A stretch of 64,000 nucleotides of DNA, from assembly GCA_950097015.1 (NCBI GenBank), contig CATNEN010000029.1, positions 5,518,001 through 5,582,000 of the forward strand. The letters are read 5' to 3'. A program made the translations under genes and the position numbers. Positions 12,301 to 23,597 of this stretch are shown one piece after another. This DNA comes from Macrostomum hystrix (lineage: Eukaryota; Animalia; Platyhelminthes). The notes below the pieces were generated by a model. That model saw nothing but the letters and a program-made list of their open reading frames with translations. It was not told where the DNA came from and searched no databases. How positions within the stretch are numbered: the stretch's first letter is position 1; each line of letters opens with the position of its first letter.

Positions 12301-15300
12301 TGCAAATCGTTTGTCACTTTGATTGTTGGTTAATGGTTTGTTCTTTTAAATTAATTGATATAATGTACTGGTAATTGTACTTTTCTGTTAGCCATTAGGG
12401 ACTGAAATTCTTTCTGAGCAGGAAAGAATTGTACTTTGCTACCTTTCCTTCTACGAACTTAAAGGTTTTCCTCAATTTTTTTTATAATTGGAAAAGCAAA
12501 GTAGAAGGAATTATCTAATTCATGGTTTTTTATTTACCTCATATCTTAAATATATCCCTGATACCTCAGATCTATCTCTGATACCCCAGATCTATCCCTG
12601 ATAATTCACATTTATCACCGATACCCCAGATCTATGCCTGATACCTCAGATCTATCCCTGATACCTCAGATCTATCCCTGATAACTCAGATCTATCCCTG
12701 ATACCCCAGATCTATCCCTGATACCTCAGATCTACCCTGATACCCCAGATCTATCCCTGATACCCCAGATCAATCCCTGATACCCGAGATCTATCCCTGA
12801 TACCTCAGATCTATCCCTGATACCCCAGATCTATCCCTGATACCTCAGATCTACCCTGATACCCCAGATCTATCCCTGATACCCCAGATCAATCCCTGAT
12901 ACCCGAGATCTATCCCTGATACCTCAGATCTATCCCTGATACCCCAGATCTATCCCTGATGCCTCAGATCTATCCCTGATACCCCAGATCTATCCCTGAT
13001 ACCCCAGATCAATCCCTGATACCCGAGATCTATCCCTGATACCTCAGATCTATCCCTGCTACCTCAGATCTATCCCTGATACCTTAGATCTATCCCTGAT
13101 ACCCCAGATCTATCCCTGATACCTTTGATCTATCCCTGATACTCCAGATCTATCCCTGATAATTTACATTTATCACCGATACCCCAGATCAATTCCTGAT
13201 ACCTCAGATCTATCCCTGATACCCCCAGATCTATTCCTGATACCTTAGATCTATCCCTGATACCCCATATCTATCCCTGATTCCCCAGATATATCCCTGA
13301 TACCTCAGATCTATCCCTGATAATTTACATTTATCACCGATACCCCAGATCAATTCCTGATACCTCAGATCTATCCCTGATACCCCCAGATCTATCCCTG
13401 ATACCTTAGATCTATCCCTGATACCCCACATCTATCCCTGATTCCCTAGATATATCCCTGATACCTTAGATCAATCCCTGATACTCCAGATCTATCCCTG
13501 ATAATTTACATTTATCACCGATACCCCAGATCTATTCCTGATACCTCAGATCTATCCCTGATACCCCCAGATCTATCCCTGATACCTTAGATCTATCCCT
13601 GATACCCCACATCTATCCCTGATTCCCCAGATATATCCCTGATACCTTAGATCTATCCCTGATAATTTACAATTATCACCGATACCCCAGATATATCCCT
13701 GATACCCCAGATCTATCCCTGATACCTCAGATCTATCCCTGATACCCCCAGATCTATCCCTGATACCTCAGATCTATCCCTGATACCCCCTGATCTATCC
13801 ATGATAATTTACAATTATCACCGATACCCCAGATATATCCCTTATACCCCAGATCTATCCCTGATACCCGAGATCTATCCCTGATACCTCAGATCTATCC
13901 CTGATACCTCAGATCTATCCCTGATACCCCCAGATCTATCCCTGATACCTCAGATCTATACCTGATACGATATATATCTGATGCGTCATCTATTTGTCAT
14001 TCTTTGTCATGCTTAAATTCATATGTGTTTATTTATGAATTAGTGTTTATAATAGTTTTTTTAGCAAAATCATTGAGAACTAAAAATATTGTACCGAATT
14101 TTCAGCCTTGAAAACTGTACAAATTTCTCAACCAACTCGCAATTCAGTTTCCGGCTCATCCGTTGTACTCAATGGTGAAGAGTACGAGAACATTGAGGTG
14201 CAGCAGCAGCAGCAACAGCAGCAGAGGAAGTCGGATCCTATGCGGGAGATGCTGTCGCAGAAAATGTCTGGCCGCGGTAGCGCCAGCCAAGGAGGCGGAG
14301 GTGGCGGACACCGCGGCGCCACAGCATCTAACGCCTCATCATCTCTGTCGGCGGCATCGGCCTTGAGAATCGGTGGGGGCAGTGTATTCTTATACGAACG
14401 GCTACTGGGTAAGGACAGGTCGCTTCTCTGGGACAGCGCAGACTTCTGGGAGGACCTGTTCCTGGACTGGGTGGCCAACGAGAGAGAAGTCCTTAGCCTG
14501 GACTGCGGCTCGTTTGACAGGTGAGAGCTGCAGCCGTTGTCAGTGATTGACTGTGTACAAGCATGGATACTGTGACGGATTGACTGTGTACAAGCATGGA
14601 TACTGTGACGGATTGACTGTGTACAAGCATGGATACTGTGACGGATTGACTGTGTACAAGCATGGATACTGTGACGGATTGACTGTGTACAAGCATGGAT
14701 ACTGTGACGGATTGACTGTGTACAAGCATGGATACTGTGACGGATTGACTGTGTACAAGCATGGATCAGACCTGCCCCAATCGGGCCAGATGTGCAGCCG
14801 ACAGCACAGCCGCAGCTATTGCGCGGCGCATCTGAAGACTGCGTACGGCTGTTCAGTCCATGGACTGGGGGGCGCCACAACCACCCTAAAGTTAAGTGTC
14901 TTGCTGTAATTCATTGACTGTGTACAAGCATGGATGCTGTAATTCATTGACTGTGTACAAGCATGAATGCTGTAGTTCATTGACTGTGTACAAGCATGGA
15001 TGCTGTAATTCATCGACTGTGTACAAGCATGGATGCTGTAATTCATTGACTGTGTACAAGCATGAATGCTGTAGTTCATTGACTGTGTACAAGCATGGAT
15101 GCTGTAATTCATCGACTGTGTACAAGCATGGATGCTGTAATTCATTGACTGTGTACAAGCATGGATGCTGTAATTCATTGACTGTGTACAAGCATGGATG
15201 CTGTAATTCATTGACTGTGTACAAGCATGGATGCTGTAATTCATTGACTGTGTACAGCGTTGATTCTGTAAATCAACTCAGCCTCATTCGCGCATTGACA

Positions 15301-17623
15301 CTGTTTCCCAATTTCCAATTCTCGAAGGCGCCGCCGCCGTCAGGAGCTGTACGAGGACAGGCTGCTTGGCCGGGCTTTGCACAACACTGCTGCCTTCATG
15401 CTAGCCATGGGCGTCGACCGCGTCGAGCTTTGCCGACGAATTCGCCGCCTGCTGGCTCGCAGCCACGTTGGGCTTCATCACAGCCGGAAGATCGGCCGTC
15501 TGCTTGACAGCCTGCCACCTGCGCCAACCGGTGGCAACATCGTCCGCCTGCGCTGCCCGCTCAGTCGGCTGCCGCGGCGTCCATCCTTTGACGCCCGGCT
15601 GATGCCTCCGACGTCCGAGACGGCGACATCGAAGCCCGAGACATTCAGCCGGCTATGCGAGGTTCGCTACCTGGAGATCTCCGACCACTGCCTGGCCCTG
15701 CGCTGCCGCAGCGGGGCCGCCCTTCGCCGTGTCTGGTTCGACTCCCTGGCCAGCGTGACCTTCGACCCGGCCAATCGGCGGCTGCTGCTGCTTACCGAGG
15801 CGGAGGATGAGGCTGCAGCAGCCGCCTCGGTGCCTCTGGCTCTGCGCTGTCGGCGAGGCCGTCGCGTCTGTCGCTGCATCCGGGATCGCGTGGTTCGCAG
15901 GGCCGGTGAGGAGTCGGGCTGGATTCTAGGGATATTTGATCAATGAGGATTAGCAACTGAGGATTGGATTATTAAAAGCCTGGGTTGGGTAATTAAAGGA
16001 AGAATAGGATATTGAAAACTCAGGACTGGATAATGAAAACTCAGTATTGGATAATGAAAAGTCTGGATTGGATAATGAAAAAGTCTGGATTAGATAATGA
16101 AAAGTCTGGATTGGATAATGAAAAGTCAGGACTGGATCACGAAATCTCAGGATTGGATAATAAAAAGTCGGGATTGGATAATGAAAAGTCTGGATTGGAT
16201 ATTGAAAACTCAGGATTGGATAATGAAAAGTCTGGATTGGATATTGAAAACTCAGGATTGGATAATGAAAAGTCTGGATTGGATAATGAAAAGTCTGGAT
16301 TGGATATTGAAAACTCAGGATTGGATATTGAAAACTCAGGATTGGATAATGAAAAGTCTGGATTGGATATTGAAAACTCAGGATTGGATAATGAAAAGTC
16401 TGGATTGGATATTGAAAACTCAGGATTGGATAATGAACTCACTGTCTCACCACTCTGACGTCTAAACTTATTTCAGCTGCAGACAGCTCCAGCAACGGCG
16501 TCGTTGGCTGCCGTCTGAGGATCGGCCCAGACCATGTGCTGCTACAGCTGCAGAGCGAACGGGTCTGTTAGACACCTGCTGACACTGTTAGACACCTGCT
16601 GACACTGTTAGACACCTGCTGACACTGTTAGACACCTGCTGACACTGTTAGACACCTGCTGACACTGTTAGACACCTGCTGACACTGTTAGACACTGTTA
16701 GACACCTGCTGACACTGTTAGACACTGTTAGACACCTGCTGACACTGTTAGACACTGTTAGACACCTGCTGACACTGTTAGACACCTGCTGACACTGTTA
16801 GACACCTGCTGACACTGTTAGACACCTGCTGACACTGTTAGACACCTGCTGACACTGTTAGACACCTGCTGACACTGTTAGACGCCTGCTGACACTGTAC
16901 ACTGTTAGACACCTGCTGACACTGTTAGACACCTGCTGACACTGTTAGACACCTGCTGACACTGTTAGACACCTGCACTGACACTGTTAGACACCTGCTG
17001 ACACTGTTAGACACTGTTAGACACCTGCTGACACTGTTAGACACCTGCTGACACTGCTAGACACCTGCTGACACCTGCTGACACTGTTAGACACTGTTAG
17101 ACAGCTGCTGACACTGTTAGACACCTGCTGACACTGTTAGACACCTGCTGACACTGTTAGACACCTGCTGACACTGCTAGACACCTGCTGACACCTGCTG
17201 ACACTGCTAGACACTGTTAGACAGCTGCTGACACTGTTAGACACCTGCTGACACTGTTAGACACCTGCTGACACTGTTAGACACCTGCTGACACTGTTAG
17301 ACACCTGCTGACACGGTTAGACGCCTGCTGACACTGTTAGACGCCTGCTGACACTGTTAGACACCTGCTGACACTGTTAGACGCCTGCTGACACTGTTAG
17401 ACACTGTTAGACGCCTGCTGACACTGTTAGACACCTGCTGACACTGTTAGACACCTGCTGACACTGCTAGACACCTGCTGACACTGTTAGACACTGTTAG
17501 ACACCTGCTGACACTGTTAGACACTGTTAGACACCTGCTGACACTGTTAGACGCCTGCTGACTAACATTCTGTCCGCCAAAAAATTGCAGGCATCAAAGT
17601 TCGTGGCGCCCAACTCACCCTGA
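334..17623 (+). CDS. MADD: MAP kinase-activating death domain protein / DENN-domain Rab GEF, 16 exons, ~1321 aa
   Basis: Exons 334-734, 1382-1526, 2296-2700, 3711-3794, 5466-5670, 5877-6523, 7086-7132, 7201-7490, 8373-8848, 10222-10291, 11860-11925, 12208-12225, 14106-14520, 15328-15905, 16477-16562 and 17591-17623 splice in phase (3966 nt). Motifs: uDENN LLDYVVLVG..LLRRYP...FAFTLTEKDSG; DENN LYPLQYVFPVIPLLP..AEQLLLAPTPYLIG; RPVVAFQ; LWDSADFWEDLFLD; EDRLLGRALHN. The microexon and last exon are the least certain. Confidence 0.9.
1090..1270 (+). mobile_element. Old, diverged relative of SINE family A
   Basis: GGCACAGTGAGTG...GCCTGACGATGAGACAGTCA...GTGAGTGTATGCGTGCGTACAG resembles the family A core. 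Confidence 0.55.
1573..1640 (+). repeat. Dispersed repeat fragment shared with 63861-63925
   Basis: CCCAAAAGTATTCAACCAATCGTCATGAAAATGCAGA versus CCCAAAGTATTCAACCAAACGTCATAAAAATCCAGA. Confidence 0.6.
1667..1908. repeat. Minisatellite, 20 bp CCAGAATCACCAAACATCTT x~12, MADD intron 2
   Basis: Tandem copies read directly. Confidence 0.95.
2748..3145. repeat. Minisatellite, 42 bp (…TTTCGACCCTGTTGGGGTGTCTTCTGCCTCCGCTTATG…), MADD intron 3
   Basis: About 9 tandem copies. Confidence 0.95.
3826..4120 (-). mobile_element. tRNA-headed CORE-like SINE, family B
   Basis: The minus strand has A-box GTGGTTAGAG, B-box GGTTCGATTCC, CORE-like GCAAGACACT...CAGTTCACC..GCTGTTAAATGGGTACC, body CAGTCCATGGACTGAACAGC and an AAT tail. 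Confidence 0.8.
4780..5298. repeat. Compound minisatellite (TCCCAGATCC core; 20 bp CCTACTCATGATCCCAGATC), MADD intron 4
   Basis: Two adjoining sub-arrays share CCAGATCC. Confidence 0.9.
5700..5835. repeat. Minisatellite, 21 bp GGAATCTTCTCAAGATTCTTT x~6, MADD intron 5
   Basis: Tandem copies. Confidence 0.85.
6538..7065. repeat. Minisatellite, 30 bp ATTCTACTAGATCCTCACGGTTGGGATGTT x17.5, MADD intron 6
   Basis: Near-perfect tandem copies. Confidence 0.97.
7520..8040 (-). mobile_element. Second copy of the TTAA|CAGT TIR element, MADD intron 8
   Basis: Reverse complement of 50040-50530. One end is cut off by the SINE at 8041. Confidence 0.7.
8041..8328 (+). mobile_element. SINE family A, 5'-truncated, in MADD intron 8
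   Basis: Starts at the B-box (GCTCGATTCC), has the same body and ends in an (ATT)n tail. It abuts a TIR element. Confidence 0.85.
8885..8975 (-). mobile_element. SINE family A internal fragment
   Basis: CTCCTGAGCACACACGCACACAGATACTGTACGCAGGCACACGCTCACACAGGTGTGT matches the 60368-60425 region. Confidence 0.8.
8975..10165. repeat. Minisatellite, 30/28 bp TCTTTGTCAATCTCAAACAGTGTTGGAGAG x~40, MADD intron 9
   Basis: Tandem copies with an interspersed 28-bp variant. Confidence 0.97.
10718..11730. repeat. Minisatellite, 31 bp CAGTTATCCCCCTGAACCTTCAGTG(CATTGA/AATTCC), MADD intron 10
   Basis: Two variant blocks switch at ~11140. Confidence 0.97.
12555..13968. repeat. Minisatellite, 20 bp GATCTATCCCTGATACCCCA with periodic ATAATTTACATTTATCACC variant, MADD intron 12
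   Basis: Tandem copies with higher-order structure. Confidence 0.97.
14545..15255. repeat. Bipartite 33-bp minisatellite split by a SINE, MADD intron 13
   Basis: Left unit is TTGACTGTGTACAAGCATGGATACTGTGACGGA, right unit is TTGACTGTGTACAAGCATGGATGCTGTAATTCA. Confidence 0.95.
14766..14912 (-). mobile_element. SINE family B 3' fragment inside a minisatellite
   Basis: CAGATGTGCAGCCGACAGCACAGCCGCAGC...GGCTGTTCAGTCCATGGACTGGGGGG matches 3870-3945. Confidence 0.8.
15960..16436. repeat. Minisatellite, 21 bp GGATTGGATAATGAAAAGTCT, MADD intron 14
   Basis: Tandem copies. Confidence 0.95.
16565..17562. repeat. Minisatellite, 20 bp CTGTTAGACACCTGCTGACA x~50, MADD intron 15
   Basis: Built from two 10-bp half-units. 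It starts 2 nt into the intron. Confidence 0.97.
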
Positions 17624-17933
17624 AATTTTCCGCTGAGTTTAGTCGGTTTGACTGCCCATCAACAATATTGACGATTGGTCGGTGATTGCATACAGAGTTT
17701 CACAATGCTTACTATTAGTAGCATGTTGCGCATGTTCTGCGTTATTTTTCTTGGTTGCTTTTTGGCACACTCTAAGCTTCTGCATACTGATAAAGTACGA
17801 GTGACGAGTGACAGTCTTAGTGACAGCGCAATTTTATTTTCTAGTCCGAATAGTTTCTACAGTTGGCCCTATTTATTAGTGGCTGAAAAACAGTGACTAA
17901 AGCCGGCCAAGTTTTCAGATTTTTCCTAAATAA

Positions 17934-18071
17934 CAGTAGAAAGACAACGCTATTTCACCCCCCGGGAAAATTTTCCTTTGTTTTGTGATTCTTGAATTTG
18001 TTTCATAGTTGAATAGTTTGGGAGTTGCAGAAAAATATGGGCATTTCAAGTACCCCGTGGTCTTCCTACTG
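17934..18071. mobile_element. Short MITE with CAGTAGAAAGAC TIR; related element at 19735-19875
   Basis: Ends CAGTAGAAAGAC...GTCTTCCTACTG|TTAA. The second copy reads TTAA|CAGTAGAAAGAC...CTTTCTACTG. Confidence 0.6.
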
Positions 18072-20305
18072 TTAAGTACTTTCAAAGCTACTGTGAGTAG
18101 AGACGTGAATTTATTTTTTATTTATTGCATCGTTTGAATCAACATTCCGGCATGAAATTTTCGCTTTTTCACTTTACGGTAAAGGAGGATTTTATTTCAG
18201 AATTTATTTATTTATTGTGGTTATGTCACTCTGTGACAGTTGTAGGTGTTGGCGTTGCGTGTCCTGACTAGATCGAGTAGTAAAATATGTATCTGTGCGA
18301 AATTACCATTGTCTATGTTTCTGCATGGCTCAACTTACGACATGTCCACTGAGCATAATATTAGGACATGAACGATTCCTTACATGTTATCATTCCATGT
18401 TGTGTTATTGTTTATTATTTATGAGTACTAAATCATATAAACAGTTTTTACGCAGATTTTTTGCCTATTTTTTCGACTGATTGCAAACGGACAAGTAATT
18501 CTAAAAGTTTAATGTAAATTGTTCTTGAAAGAAGAAGTCTCTACTTTTTTAAACCCCAGGTTGGTGTATTCTAAAAATAGCTCTTTCATTTTTGCTCAGC
18601 TGCTGATTGGCTGATGCGGTCATGTGACGCGCGAACACAAACCACTCGAATATTCTCTATCCCTCAGTGTACATTCCAAAATGTACATTACTTCCAACCT
18701 GAGGCTTTCCATCTCTCCTAACACTCGCAGTCCAATGTACAATGTAGAGATATTCAAGTGAGAAAACTTAATTGTCCTTGTTTATAAATAGCCTTCGTAG
18801 TTTATCGTCAGAGAAATCATATAAAAACACTTTTTAATGCTTCTGTGATTCCTTGAACTGCTGTCAAACCTATACCTTAATCTATAAGCAATTCTTTGCC
18901 ATTTAGCTTCTGTAATAACATTTTAAGCCAACTTTCTGTAATAACATTTTAAGCCAACATTTATTTTAACTGGTATTTTTGACCTTGTAAATTAAACGTT
19001 TTACGATGTGTTTATACCTTATATTTAATGTTTTGAGATTTAAATTAATCGCTAAGCTCAATTTTTTGGTGTTGGTCAGCTCTCTGTTTCGTTATAATCG
19101 TATATAGGTATTTTAAAAGAACAATAAGGCTTTCTAACTAACCATGTAACCAAGCTGAGCATTGTGCATAATATTTTCCCCTTTTTAATCTGGGCATTAT
19201 AGATTGAAGTCACACGCATTGCCAGTACGCACTGTTATAATTTTCTCAAATTACCAACCCTCGAAGCTTTGAATGTGCGGTTCGGAGTTGCCTATAGGCT
19301 ACTGCTGCAGCAGGATTTTCTCTCCCCAGAGATTTTTTCCTCTTCTCACAGACACAAAGTCTACGCAATGCTACACATGCGCCTAGTGCACACATACACA
19401 CAATTCCTCAGATTCATTCGTTATTAACTGACCTATATAATAGAACCTGCTATTATAACGATGCTATTGTCATTTTTCAGCAAAACAGGCACTGATCTTT
19501 GCGTTGCAGCCTTGGAAATGATTTTTTGTCTATTTTTTATGTGATCTACTTGAGAACAAATTTTGCATTTTATCTAGGTTGGTTTTAAAATATCTGCATA
19601 GGGATTTGGGATAGTTTGGGATGATAATACAGCCGCAACTCTATGTGCAACTGTTCAGTCCATGGACTGGTTTTCTTTAAAGGCATAAACTGTCTTTTTT
19701 GGACTGGGTTTCGAACTCTCGACCTCTAGGTTAACAGTAGAAAGACCATCGTAACAATCGTAACAATGTTTGCACGATGAAATTTTATGAGCACAGAAAA
19801 TTTTTCCATCAGACAAGACGAGAATCGAGAATAGCCTGAAGTACAGCAAAACAGTAGACTGTCTTCTTTCTACTGCTCATAGACTGAAACTCTACCCTCC
19901 AAAACTGAGGTGTATTCACTCGCTATTCTCAGCCTATCTGCAGTTTCGCCAGTGTGGGGGTCCAACCTATTCTCAGCCTATCTGCAGTTTCGCCAGTGTG
20001 GGGGTCCAACCACTGCGTTGGATTTTGAGATATTTTGCATTTTTCACTCGCACACCCTGACACGCCGATATGCCACACCTGAAGGCTTTGCAATTGTTAA
20101 AAGAATCTTCATGGGGCCTGGCCATTGTCACCCTTCATTATCTTTCGGTCTACTGTCTTTCTGTTTTTCTTTCGCTCGAAGATTGTGTCTTCTATTCCTA
20201 GACCAAAGCGAGTATTTGAGATGCAGTTAAATAAGTAAGAAATTACAAAAAGCAACAGAAGAAAGACACAGCTGGGTTGAGCAGAGTACTCAAAATTCCC
20301 AGAAT

Positions 20306-22275
20306 ATGCAGTGTTCTCAGAATATACACATTTTATCTGAGCTGCTGCCGCTGCTGCTGCTGCTGCTAGGCAGCTTGTCCGGGCCAGCCGCTGCAGATGA
20401 GGCGGACTTTTCCGATCACATCACCTGCTACGAGTGCGAAGGCCAGTTTGACAACAGCACCTGCAGCTCACCCGGTCTTGACATCGACCGAGTGCTCAAC
20501 CAGGTCTGAGCTCACTGTTGGAAGGCTGGGCGATGGGATAGGAGGGACTGAAGATTGGGGAGATTTTGTAGGGAGAGACTGAAGATTGGGGATATTCTGT
20601 AGGGAGGGACTGAAGATTGGGGAGATTCTGTAGGGAGGGACTGAAGATTGGGGAGATTCTGTCGGGAGGGACTGAAGATTGGGGAGATTTTGTAGGGAGA
20701 GACTGAAGATTGGGACGATTTTGTAGGGAGGGACTGAAGATTGGGGACTTTTTGTAGGGAAGGACTGAAGATTGGGGAAATTTAGTAGGGAAGGACTGAA
20801 GATTGGGACGATTTTGTAGGGAGGGACTGAAGATTGGGACGATTTTGTAGGGAGGGACTGAAGATTGGGGAGATTCTGTAGGGAGGGACTGAAGATTGGG
20901 GAGATTCTGTAGGGAGGGACTGAAGATTGGGGAGATTCTGTCGGGAGGGACTGAAGATTGGGGAGATTTTGTAGGGAGAGACTGAAGATTGGGACGATTT
21001 TGTAGGGAGGGACTGAAGATTGGGGACATTTTGTAGGGAAGGACTGAAGATTGGGACGATTTTGTAGGGAGGGACTGAAGATTGGGGAGATTCTGTAGGG
21101 GGGAGATTCTGTAGGGAAGGACTGAAGATTGGGACGATTTTGTAGGGAGGGACTGAAGATTGGGGACTTTTTGTAGGGAAGGACTGAAGATTGGGGAAAT
21201 TTAGTAGGGAAGGACTGAAGATTGGGACGATTTTGTAGGGAGGGACTGAAGATTGGGGAGATTTTGTAGGGAGAGACTGAAGATTGGGACGATTTTGTAG
21301 GGAGGGACTGAAGATTGGGGACATTTTGTAGGGAAGGACTGAAGATTGGGACGATTTTGTAGGGAGGGACTGAAGATTGGGGAGATTCTGTAGGGGGGAG
21401 ATTCTGTAGGGAAGGACTGAAGATTGGGACGATTTTGTAGGGAGGGACTGAAGATTGGGGACTTTTTGTAGGGAAGGACTGAAGATTGGGGAAATTTAGT
21501 AGGGAAGGACTGAAGAGTGGGACGATTTTGTAGGGAGGGACTGAAGATTGGGGACATTTTGTAGGGAGGGACTGAAGATTGGGGACTTTTTGTAGGGAGG
21601 GACTGAAGATTGGGGACATTTTGTAGGGAAGGACTGAAGATTGGGGAGATTCTGTAGGGGGGAGATTCTGTAGGGAAGGACTGAAGATTGGGACGATTCT
21701 GTAGGGAGAGACTGAAGATTGGGGAGATTCTGTAGGGGGGAGATTCTGTAGGGAAGGACTGAAGATTGGGACGATTCTGTAGGGAGAGACTGAAGATTGG
21801 GGAGATTCTGTAGGGGGGAGATTCTGTAGGGAAGGACTGAAGATTGGGACGATTCTGTAGGGAGAGACTGAAGATTGGGGAGATTCAGTGGGAAGGACTT
21901 CAGAAGGGGCGAATTCTGTTGGGAGGGGACTAAATGTTAATATGTTTTCATTCCTGAAACACTAAAAACGACCTCGCAAATTTCTCGCTGATTCTGAGTG
22001 AACTCTCGCTCTAACACCCTCGCCAGGTATCCTGCGTCCGCGGCGGCTGTCTGAAGTGGGCATTCTACCGCAACAGCAGGCTGCAGATTGTTCGCACCTG
22101 CAGCCTGCGCGTCAACATGTCCATCTACACGCAAGCCGCCTGTCGGACCGAGCGCAACGGGAACGGCTTCATCTGCATTTGTCCGAACGACTTGTGCAAT
22201 TCCGGCGATCGGCGAGGTCTTCAGCTGCCGCTGCTGACGCTGGCGCTAATTCTGGCGTTGAGGCTGTTGCCATAG
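20306..22275 (+). CDS. Ly6/uPAR three-finger, quiver/sleepless-like GPI-anchored protein, 148 aa
   Basis: Exons 20306-20503 and 22027-22275 join in phase 0. Signal-peptide-like poly-Leu, then ITCYEC, C..GCLKW, RTC, C...CIC..DLCN, and a hydrophobic GPI-type tail. Confidence 0.85.
20540..21900. repeat. G-rich minisatellite, 31 bp AGGGACTGAAGATTGGGGAGATTTTGTAGGG, Ly6 intron
   Basis: About 44 tandem copies. Confidence 0.97.
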
Positions 22276-22337
22276 ACCAGTTTCTGTCCCTGTTTTCATT
22301 CGTTAGTTATTCTCATTTTGGTACAGATGTTGATTGT

Positions 22338-22852
22338 GGGTCACAGTAGCTTATCTGTGAGAGATGGGTCACAGTAGCTTATCTGTGAGAGATGGGTCAC
22401 AGTAGCTTATCTGTGAGAGATGGGTCACAGTTGCTTATCTGTGAGAGATGGGTCACAGTAGCTTATCTGTGAGAGATGAGTCACAGTAGTTTATCTGTGA
22501 GAGATGGGTCACAGTAGCTTATCTGTGAGAGATGGGTCACAGTAGCTTATCTGTGAGAGATGGGTCACAGTAGCTTATCTGTGAGAGATGGGTCACAGTA
22601 GCTTATCTGTGAGAGATGGGTCACAGTAGCTTATCTGTGAGAGATGGGTCACAGTAGCTTATCTGTGAGAGATGGGTCACAGTAGCTTATCTGTGAGAGA
22701 TGGGTCACAGTAGCTTATCTGTGAGAGATGGGTCACAGTAGCTTATCTGTGAGAGATGGGTCACAGTAGCTTATCTGTGAGAGATGGGTCACAGTAGCTT
22801 ATCCGTGAGAGATGGGTCACGGTAGCTTATCTGTGAGAGATGGGTCACAGTT
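22338..22852. repeat. Minisatellite, 28 bp GGGTCACAGTAGCTTATCTGTGAGAGAT x~18, 3' of Ly6 stop
   Basis: Each unit contains the inverted repeat TCACAG/CTGTGA. Confidence 0.97.
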
Positions 22853-23597
22853 GGCAGTCTTCTATACTATAAGTAATAGCCTATTTATTTTTTATTTCAC
22901 ATGTTATTTTTTTGCTATATAAAAATACAATTCCGCATTTCATACTTTAGTTCGAACTCGCTAGAATAACCATGGACTGTGCTCAACTTTTTTTCTACCC
23001 GGAATGCCAAGTTAAACAATGGACCACTTTATTAGTATTTTTTAAGTGGCTGACTTATTAGGAAAGACTGGGACGGGTAGATAGACTACAAGCAAATTTT
23101 TTCTCCCAATATCGGGAAATGAGCAGTCTGAGACTATTTTCAAATAGGTTTCAACTGGTTTTGCGAATCGATTCGAGTTGAATTGGGGTCTGGAGTGGGG
23201 AGTACGGGATTGCTAAAAAATGAAAATAAGCGCGAGAGAAACTGACAGACGAGACGCGGAGCCCAGGTAAATAATGAGGATAAGACTGCGCCCGCCAACC
23301 ACCGCCATGGAGATAAAACTGCGTTTCTAATATTGAAACTATATGGAGCAAACAGTGCAGCCATTGCCAGTCTGGGATGACAACAGAAATATGCGAGCCT
23401 ATCTTTGTTGTGTGCTCAAACTCAAACTTATATTTGTTTTCTACTGGCTTTTATTGCGGCCCTGTGTGTCAATTTGAGCAAGAAGTTTTTTATTAACTGA
23501 CATGTTTTAAATCTAATTGAAAGCAGATCGAATGTCCTATGAGTTGTTATTGACAAATACGTATAGGTTCTTATTCGAGTGTAATTATTAAGAATCT

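Noticed and set aside
17591-17680. Alternative last MADD exon frame GIKVRGAQLTLKF...
   Set aside because: It needs a phase-1 donor, but the observed donor at 16563 is phase 0, giving ASKFVAPNSP*. This cannot be settled without cDNA.
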